A DNA stretch of 64,000 bases from IMG/VR virus record IMGVR_UViG_3300033064_003894, positions 75,838 through 139,837 of that record; one strand, 5' to 3'. The translations under genes were made by a program, and so were the position numbers. The stretch comes from a virus. The notes beneath the pieces were generated by a model. That model was not told the origin of the DNA. It saw only the letters and a list, made by a program, of their open reading frames with translations, and searched no databases. This document shows, piece by piece, positions 57,216 through 64,000 of this stretch (positions are counted from its first letter, which is position 1; every line of letters begins with the position of its first letter).

Positions 57216-60200
57216 ATGAATAAAATTGCAATTAAAAGTAAGACAGAGCCAATAGAATTGACTGAACCGCATGTAACTCCAAATGCCTTGAAAGTTTTAA
57301 ACAGCCGATATTTAAAGAAAGACGAAAGGACAGGAGAGGTAATAGAAGACCCTAAGGGTATGTACCTACGCATCGCTTCAGCCGTGGCTTCAGCAGAAGA
57401 AACGGATGAAGCAGTAGAGGAGTGGACAAGAACTTTTTATAATATTATGGCAACTAATAAGTTTGTTCCTAACACGCCAACGGTTATGAATGCTGGATGT
57501 AGGTCAGGATCGTTAAGTGCTTGCTATCTATTCGCCGTAGAGGACTCATTAGACAAAATATTTGATACATTAAAAAACGCAGCCATGACTCAAAAGACTG
57601 GTGGTGGAGTTGGATTCGCCTTTTCGAGATTAAGGCCAGAAGGAGATTTAATAAAAGGTAGCGGAGGAGAGAGCCCTGGCCCGCTGTGTTTTATAGATAT
57701 TTATAGCTCCTCTACTGAATCTATACAGCAAGGGTCAGCAGGAAGACGCGGTGCGAACATGGCAGTTTTGAGCTGTACGCACCCGGACTTAGTTGAGTTC
57801 ATCTGTGCCAAGGAGAATCTTGACCGGTGGAACAACTTTAACGTGAGCGTCGGCGTTACAGACGAGTGGATGAAAAATGCAAAAGAAAGACCTAAAGATA
57901 GAGCGAAGGTTAAAAATCCAAGAACAGGAAAATACGCCTTTCTTGGAAAGAGCAACGAGGGTCGTCGCAGATCCGTTATTGATTATATCTCTTATGATGA
58001 GTTTGATGTCACTGATGGGATTGATACAGATGTTGAAAAGTTTTGGACTTACGGTGACATTTTAGATTTAATTATTCATAAGGCATGGGAAAATGCCGAG
58101 CCTGGTTTGTTATTTCTTGATAGATCAAACGAGACAAACCAGGTGCCGAACTTGGGGGAATATGAGGGCACGAATCCATGTTTAGCAAAGGGTTCTTTAG
58201 TTATGACTGGCTCTGGGTATAAGCGGGTTGAAGAGTTTGTTATAGGTGACAAGATTTTAAATGCAGATGGAAATTCACGCCCAATAGAATCTATTGAAAA
58301 ACACGAAAATTATCCTGTGTTTAAGGTTTGCTTTTCGGACGGATCAGAGCAGGTCGTCACAGAGGCGCACCAATTCTATGCTGTCAAAAAATCCAGTATG
58401 AAGTCAGAGAAATTCTTTGAGCCCATCTGTTTGAAAGATTTAGAGGTAGGAGACTGCATTAGGGTTAGTCTTGGAGGAATGCCAAACAATCAGGTTGAAG
58501 ACCGACCAGAGGCTCTTTCTGATAGAGAGTATGGAGTTATGTTAGGCGTTGTTTTAGGAGATGGTGGATGGACAGATGGCCAAAATAAGTTTCTGTCTAT
58601 TTCGTCACACATTGACGAAGAAGAATGGAACACGCATTTGAAATCTATATTTGGAGAACATAAGGGAGAGAGGCATAAATGCTCTACCGGTGAATATGAC
58701 AAATCGATAAGATACTTTTATTACAAGTCAAGTGAGGCGGTGTCAATCCTTGAGCAGTCGAAAATAAAAAAGGCAAAGTCAATTCATAAAGACATTCCAG
58801 AAGAATATATTAATAGCAATGAAGAGTTTTTGTCTGGACTTATAGATGGTCTATTCTCAACGGATGGCAATGTTTCGTTGGGAGGAAGTCATCCATTAGT
58901 AAGGTTCTCGTCAGGCAGCAAAGACCTCGCCATTGCGGTCAAAAGAATACTTGGATTGTTCAATATACACGGAAGAATGTACAGCTATGAGCGAGATGAA
59001 CACATAATTGATGGAAGAAAAATTAAAGGTAATTCTTTTAAACATGAGGTTATCATAAGTGGAAGAGACATTACTGAATTCAATAAGCGCATAGGCCTTT
59101 CTCATCCAAAGAAAAAAGAGGCTCTTATGAAAGCTGCAATGTTTGCTCGCTCTACCAATGCATTGCGAAGCACTAAAATAGTTAATATAGAGCCATTCGG
59201 ATTTGAAGATGTATATGATTTATATGAGCCAGTAACTGATACTTGGATATCAGAAGGCATAGTATCAAGAGGATGCGGCGAACAATTTCTTCTTCCATAC
59301 AGCTCATGCAACCTAGGATCAATCAATTTAGGAAAATATATAGACAATGGTGATTTTGATTTTACGTTATTCAGGGAAGACGTAAAAAAGTGTGTAAGGT
59401 TTTTAGATAATGTGGTAACCGTAAATAACTATCCAGTTCCTGAGATCAGGGAGATGTCTGATAAGGAAAGGAGGATTGGACTAGGTGTAATGGGTTGGGC
59501 TGACCTTCTTTTCAGGCTTGGGATTAGATACGGATCTGATAAATCATTTGAATTAGCTGGATCAATCGCATACCATCTTCAAGATGCCGCGATTACGGAA
59601 AGTGAGGAGCTTGTGTCTATGGAAGGGAAAGAGCCTTTTGGTGCGTGGGAAGGAAGTCGCCCTCAAATAGATGGACTTCCTAAGAGAAGAAATTCTTATG
59701 TCTCAACAATAGCACCGACCGGAACAATATCAATTATTGCTGGGTGTTCAGGAGGTATAGAGCCTATATTCTCGTTGGCGTTTAAGCGTCAAGTTATGAA
59801 AAACAAAGATGGTGTACCGGTAGTAATGAATGAAATACAAAATGATTTCCTGAAGGCTCTTAAGGAGGAGGGCTTAGAGGAGAAGCTGGACGAAATCGTT
59901 GAGCATTGCATGACGCATGGAACGATACAGGACTGCAGTCTTGTGAGTGATGAGATGAAGAATGTGTTTGTTTCTGCAAGGGATGTAGCACCGGAGGAAC
60001 ATGTAAAAATGCAGGCGGCTTGGCAACAGCATATAGACAATTCTGTGTCAAAAACGATTAATATGCCTAAAAGTGCAACAGAGAATGAGGTTAGAATGGC
60101 TTACTCTCTGGCATGGGAAACTGGATGTAAGGGGATAACCGTATATAGGGACGGTTCGAGAGAAATGCAGCCGATGGCATTGTCTGTCAAGAAAGATGTG

Positions 60201-60683
60201 GCTCCATCTCCTGTAAAGCTTGATGATGTCCTTCCTTCGATTAGAGTTAAGCAGTCCTCTCCGTTTGGGAACATGCATGTTAACGTCGTTCGAGACCATG
60301 ATGGAAGGGTAAGAGAGATCTTTGCGCAGGTTGGTAAAGCTGGAGAGGTGATTAACGGAGACTTAGAGGCCATATGCAGACTTTCCTCTCTATATCTAAG
60401 GTCTGGCGGGGAAATGGAAAGAGTTATAAATCAGTTAGATGGAATTGGGACATCATTTCAGATACCTTCCGCTGAAGGGAAAGTGATGTCAATAGCAGAT
60501 GCTTTAGCTAAAGCACTAAAGAAGGCTACTAATGTACCTAATCAACCTGAAGCGGATGTGGTAACTAAGTACGCCGACACGGTCTTTAAGCTACAGTGTC
60601 CGTCTTGCGATGAGGTGTCAGTTGTAAAGTCTGAGGGTTGTACCTCATGTCTTACTCCGGGTTGTGGTTGGACAGCCTGTTAA
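57216..60683 (+). CDS. nrdJ: Class II (B12-dependent) ribonucleotide reductase with intein and C-terminal TSCPD-like domain
   Basis: PNTPT.MNAG, LSACY, GGGVG, RRGANM, TNP|CGEQ, CNLGSINL, TIAPTGTIS, SKTIN, KGITVYRDGS, terminal Zn ribbon. Confidence 0.93.
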   Translation: MNKIAIKSKTEPIELTEPHVTPNALKVLNSRYLKKDERTGEVIEDPKGMYLRIASAVASAEETDEAVEEWTRTFYNIMATNKFVPNTPTVMNAGCRSGSLSACYLFAVEDSLDKIFDTLKNAAMTQKTGGGVGFAFSRLRPEGDLIKGSGGESPGPLCFIDIYSSSTESIQQGSAGRRGANMAVLSCTHPDLVEFICAKENLDRWNNFNVSVGVTDEWMKNAKERPKDRAKVKNPRTGKYAFLGKSNEGRRRSVIDYISYDEFDVTDGIDTDVEKFWTYGDILDLIIHKAWENAEPGLLFLDRSNETNQVPNLGEYEGTNPCLAKGSLVMTGSGYKRVEEFVIGDKILNADGNSRPIESIEKHENYPVFKVCFSDGSEQVVTEAHQFYAVKKSSMKSEKFFEPICLKDLEVGDCIRVSLGGMPNNQVEDRPEALSDREYGVMLGVVLGDGGWTDGQNKFLSISSHIDEEEWNTHLKSIFGEHKGERHKCSTGEYDKSIRYFYYKSSEAVSILEQSKIKKAKSIHKDIPEEYINSNEEFLSGLIDGLFSTDGNVSLGGSHPLVRFSSGSKDLAIAVKRILGLFNIHGRMYSYERDEHIIDGRKIKGNSFKHEVIISGRDITEFNKRIGLSHPKKKEALMKAAMFARSTNALRSTKIVNIEPFGFEDVYDLYEPVTDTWISEGIVSRGCGEQFLLPYSSCNLGSINLGKYIDNGDFDFTLFREDVKKCVRFLDNVVTVNNYPVPEIREMSDKERRIGLGVMGWADLLFRLGIRYGSDKSFELAGSIAYHLQDAAITESEELVSMEGKEPFGAWEGSRPQIDGLPKRRNSYVSTIAPTGTISIIAGCSGGIEPIFSLAFKRQVMKNKDGVPVVMNEIQNDFLKALKEEGLEEKLDEIVEHCMTHGTIQDCSLVSDEMKNVFVSARDVAPEEHVKMQAAWQQHIDNSVSKTINMPKSATENEVRMAYSLAWETGCKGITVYRDGSREMQPMALSVKKDVAPSPVKLDDVLPSIRVKQSSPFGNMHVNVVRDHDGRVREIFAQVGKAGEVINGDLEAICRLSSLYLRSGGEMERVINQLDGIGTSFQIPSAEGKVMSIADALAKALKKATNVPNQPEADVVTKYADTVFKLQCPSCDEVSVVKSEGCTSCLTPGCGWTAC
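58179..59273 (+). mobile_element. Intein with LAGLIDADG endonuclease, atypical C-terminus (...IVSRG, +1 Cys)
   Basis: CLAKGSLV, VTEAHQF block B, GVVLGDG, GLFSTDG, VYDLYEP block F; inserted in NP|CGE. Confidence 0.88.
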
Positions 60684-60723
60684 ATAGTAATATAATAATC
60701 CCTGTACGTTATTCTTGCAGGGA

Positions 60724-60759
60724 GGCCCACGTAGCATTAGGACCTACGTGGGTTTTTTT
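60724..60759 (+). terminator. Rho-independent terminator after nrdJ
   Basis: CCCACGTAG/CTACGTGGG + T7. Confidence 0.85.
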
Positions 60760-60789
60760 GTTGACTTTTCCTTTCTAGTACAATAGACT

Positions 60790-61239
60790 ATGCAAATGGT
60801 AGAAGGCGTACAAAAGGCTTCAGATAAACCTGGTCATTCTAAAGAGGACACCAAGATGTCCTTAAGTCACTTGGTCCTACAAGGATATGTTGAGGACGAG
60901 GCAGAGTCAGATACAGGACTTATTAGGGCTAGGTTTAGATCTCTTAAGACACAGGACACTCAAGATATAGATAATGAGGTATCAATGATTTATGGTGGAC
61001 GTGACGACCGGGCGTCTAGAAGTGACAGAAATAAAAAGTATCTCGCTAAGTCACTAATACATTTCTCTGTATTTGATCATGGCAGGCTAATTAAAGAAGT
61101 TCGTGGAGATGAGGACTTAATGCAGAAAGAGATTAAGGGTATGTCTCAATATCTTTTAGGAATGATGCTTGTTCTATACTCGAAGTTTGAAGGCGAAGTC
61201 TCCAAACTGATGAACAATGCAGACATAAAAAACTCCTAA
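60790..61239 (+). CDS. Tail assembly chaperone (short form)
   Basis: Precedes the tape measure gene; ends at a slippery site. Confidence 0.7.
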   Translation: MQMVEGVQKASDKPGHSKEDTKMSLSHLVLQGYVEDEAESDTGLIRARFRSLKTQDTQDIDNEVSMIYGGRDDRASRSDRNKKYLAKSLIHFSVFDHGRLIKEVRGDEDLMQKEIKGMSQYLLGMMLVLYSKFEGEVSKLMNNADIKNS

Positions 61240-61270
61240 GGACTCCTCGGTTATTTACAAGGGGGGTCCT
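61227..61270 (+). other. Programmed -1 ribosomal frameshift signal
   Basis: A AAA AAC heptamer, 5-nt spacer, AGGACTCCTC/GGGGGGTCCT stem; the -1 frame is open into 61320..61586. Confidence 0.8.
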
Positions 61271-61586
61271 AAAGTCTCGCGGAGTTGATGTTCCATTTGG
61301 GACTCTTGAAGAATCTTTTTTGATAAAAATTATTGAACTTGAGAGAGATGCAAAATTCTACGAGTCAATAATCCCAGTGTTTGCCGCTATGGGGTCTGAT
61401 CCTGCCACGATTAAGAAGTTTGTTCAAGAATATACGCAAGTTCTGTTTCCAGAAATCGACTTCGATAAAGACAGCTTCGCAGCAAAAGCTCACGACGTTA
61501 TCGACCGGTATTTCGGCAAGCCCTTTATTCTGTCTACGGTAGGAAAAGGACAGCACGTTATGCATCCTATAAACCAGGAAGAATAG
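61230..61586 (+). CDS. Tail assembly chaperone frameshift extension (gpGT-like)
   Basis: -1 frame reads KLLRTPRLFTRGVLKSRG...LIKIIELE with no stop. Confidence 0.7.
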   Translation, partial: KLLRTPRLFTRGVLKSRGVDVPFGTLEESFLIKIIELERDAKFYESIIPVFAAMGSDPATIKKFVQEYTQVLFPEIDFDKDSFAAKAHDVIDRYFGKPFILSTVGKGQHVMHPINQEE

Positions 61587-61636
61587 TCGCTGCGTAATCA
61601 AGTAAAATTTTACTATTATAGTATAATTAATATAGG

Positions 61637-63964
61637 TTGTCCTACGAAGAAACTCTACGTTTAAAGCTAGAACTCGACAGCACTGACATAGGAGCTTCGC
61701 TCTCTGGAGTTAGGCAATCTGTTGCTGATGCGGTTAGCAATTTAGATATTCAGGCTAATGGTGGGACTGTTGGCTCTATGGGAGCCACAACTGGTGGCAA
61801 TCCAAATGTAGACGCTAACTCAATCATGTGGGGATTGGGGATTGCTGCCAAACAGATGGCTGGAGACGTCGGTGGATTAGGATCTCACATTGGAATTATA
61901 GGAGGAGCCGCAGCAACCGGTTTGGGTCTACTTGCTGGCGGCGCATTTGATTCTTCTGCGCCATCATCTGGAGTATATGGTATGCCTGGCGGTTTGTCCG
62001 GCATGCCTCTACAGATGGGTATATTCGACCCAATGCAATTCTCTATGAGAAGGGCAATTGGACTTGAAAGTCACATTGGTGGTCTCTCTCAAGTTCAGTC
62101 GCAAATGATTGCAGACGACCCCTCCCTTGTCGGAGGCCTTGGGATGGACATGATTGGCATGGAAGCGCTTCAGACTGTTGCAAGCGTTGGAACTCTGTTT
62201 GGAGGTTTTGCAATAGGTCAAGCAGGATTTGCTGGACTTGGATATGGGGTTGGCGCAATGGCCATGGGTCTAGGAATAGGTGCAGGATTAACGGCTGCTG
62301 CGGATTATTTACTTTTTGACCCAATAATGACAAGAATGGGGTCAGCAAAGTCCTTGAGTAAAATGCTACCAGACATAGGTATGGAGGGGGCTTATGACAT
62401 ATTAGGTGGAGGCCCAATGTCGCGGGCATTCAGAATGGGCGGAGATTATGGAGAGATAACACCAGAGTGGATGTCTGGGAAAATGGATACACGATGGGGA
62501 GAGATGGAGGGAACTGCTGGATATCTAATGAATGCGATGTCTAGTGGAGTGCTTTCTAGGGACTCCAGTACCGGCATGGTTAAAGACTTTTTAATGTCTT
62601 CTATAAAAATGGAGCAAGGGCTGAATATAGGACAGGAAGGCTTATTGGAAGTTCGAAGGCTAATGGGTAGAGGAAGAAATATAGGCGCAACTACAGCAGA
62701 TTGGGCTTTCCTTACATCAGGCATAACTGACGATATTGGTCTTATAGACGCCGCATCTAGGGGTCCTTTGTCTGCAGCATTGGGTGTTCAGTATTCTCTT
62801 CACCAGGGTGGTCTAAGTTTAGACGGTCAGCATTTAAATGCTCAATATCTTGGAGGACTTTTGGGAAGGCACGACAGTAGAGATAGCGGGCTAATGGGAT
62901 TTCTTAATAATAATGGCATTAATATGGAGGACTACATACCAGGAGCACAGAGAGGTATTATGGGCTTAGGAAGGACACCTGGAGTATCAAATCTGCTGAT
63001 GGCTGGTGCATTGATGTCAACAATTTCAGGAGGCTCAGGAATTGGCGAAGCGTCGTCGGCTGTGTCTTCTGGTGGCCTTGGAGCGCTTTCGTCTGCCATA
63101 ATGAAAGATCCTTCGCTTGTATATAAAGCAAAGACTTCTTTCTATGACGCCATGTCAGGGAATACAACGTTATTGCTTGAGTCTGCCAGTGCCATGATTG
63201 ACTTAATAGGCAAGCACGCTCCAGGAGTTCTAGACACCGGTGGAGTCCCAGATAACGACAAAATTAAGTGGTACACCGAGTCTTCATTAATTGAGGCTGG
63301 GGTTAATCCAAGAGACGCCAGAATAACAGCTGAAGAGCTTACAAGAGAAAGGTCGTTTTCTGTGAACTCAGATAGAGACCTTCAGGGAGAATTTCTTTCT
63401 TCCATGAAAGCCTCTGACGCAGAACTCAAAAAAAATGCTGCGGCCTTAATGGGAGAGGGCGGTAATATACTTCTTCCTTTCACTATGAATAAACCATCTG
63501 GATCATACGGAGCCAGGTCTGCTGCCGCAAACAGGGGGTATTTGGATGACATAAGAAGAATAGGCGGGGCGGATGCAGCAGAAATGATCGCTGCTTCTTA
63601 TTTGGGAGACGACTTCTCAAAAGACCCAAGGTACGACACGTACAATGAAAGAAAGCAGTTTCGCGATAGAGTCTCAGGAGTAATAGGGAAAATAGATGAA
63701 ACCATTAAGAGTATCACGAAGGGTGGGTCATATGATTACAGTTCAGGAATGGCTGCTGGTATAACTTCAGATGAGTACCATTTGATTAAGCAGAGTAGAA
63801 ATCTTTACTCTAATGCAGCAGCAGGGTTAACAAAGAATGTAGGGTCAGGGTTTGGCGCTGACCAGAAAGAGTTTACTAGTCTGTTTAGACAGCTTGCAGA
63901 GGTGGCTAACGGACTAGAAGCTAAATTCGGAGAATCAGGCGCGTCGCATGTAGTTGGAGGATAA
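61637..63964 (+). CDS. Tape measure-like protein
   Basis: LKLELDSTDI N-terminus, Gly/Ala/Met-rich helical body, follows the frameshifted chaperone. Confidence 0.7.
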   Translation: MSYEETLRLKLELDSTDIGASLSGVRQSVADAVSNLDIQANGGTVGSMGATTGGNPNVDANSIMWGLGIAAKQMAGDVGGLGSHIGIIGGAAATGLGLLAGGAFDSSAPSSGVYGMPGGLSGMPLQMGIFDPMQFSMRRAIGLESHIGGLSQVQSQMIADDPSLVGGLGMDMIGMEALQTVASVGTLFGGFAIGQAGFAGLGYGVGAMAMGLGIGAGLTAAADYLLFDPIMTRMGSAKSLSKMLPDIGMEGAYDILGGGPMSRAFRMGGDYGEITPEWMSGKMDTRWGEMEGTAGYLMNAMSSGVLSRDSSTGMVKDFLMSSIKMEQGLNIGQEGLLEVRRLMGRGRNIGATTADWAFLTSGITDDIGLIDAASRGPLSAALGVQYSLHQGGLSLDGQHLNAQYLGGLLGRHDSRDSGLMGFLNNNGINMEDYIPGAQRGIMGLGRTPGVSNLLMAGALMSTISGGSGIGEASSAVSSGGLGALSSAIMKDPSLVYKAKTSFYDAMSGNTTLLLESASAMIDLIGKHAPGVLDTGGVPDNDKIKWYTESSLIEAGVNPRDARITAEELTRERSFSVNSDRDLQGEFLSSMKASDAELKKNAAALMGEGGNILLPFTMNKPSGSYGARSAAANRGYLDDIRRIGGADAAEMIAASYLGDDFSKDPRYDTYNERKQFRDRVSGVIGKIDETIKSITKGGSYDYSSGMAAGITSDEYHLIKQSRNLYSNAAAGLTKNVGSGFGADQKEFTSLFRQLAEVANGLEAKFGESGASHVVGG

Positions 63965-64000
63965 AAATGGCACTAGAGCACAACATAATATACTTCGCAA

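Noticed and set aside
199-63167. Numerous short antisense or nested ORFs in the track
   Set aside because: They lie inside well-supported genes and have no motifs
1-64000. CRISPR array
   Set aside because: No regularly spaced direct repeats; the Cas4-like nuclease sits in a replication context

Overview
A 64-kb segment of a large (probably jumbo) contractile-tailed dsDNA phage. The + strand mainly carries virion and packaging genes: the C-terminal part of a multisubunit RNA polymerase beta' subunit, baseplate spike, intein-containing terminase, prohead protease, scaffold, major capsid, neck, sheath, tube, a frameshifted tail chaperone and tape measure protein. It also carries glycosyl- and methyltransferases and an intein-containing class II RNR. 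The - strand carries early/replication/accessory genes (primase-helicase, SF2 helicase, SSB, exonuclease, RecA, PE-domain DNA ligase, dUTPase, NadV + NadM-Nudix, Ser/Thr kinase, phosphoesterase) and 16 tRNAs. Highlights: (1) a complete phage-encoded ubiquitin-like conjugation operon (E2-like, Ubl ending DAG-L, JAB peptidase, ThiF/E1); (2) an orphan reverse transcriptase with YIDN in place of YxDD; (3) two inteins with non-canonical C-termini (...SRG|C in NrdJ, ...VWD|T in RNAP); (4) an Azoarcus-like group I intron in a CAU-anticodon tRNA; (5) a recurring K-x-A/S motif in head proteins; (6) -10 boxes 5-7 nt before start codons, suggesting leaderless mRNAs. All calls come from motif recognition by eye; no searches were run.
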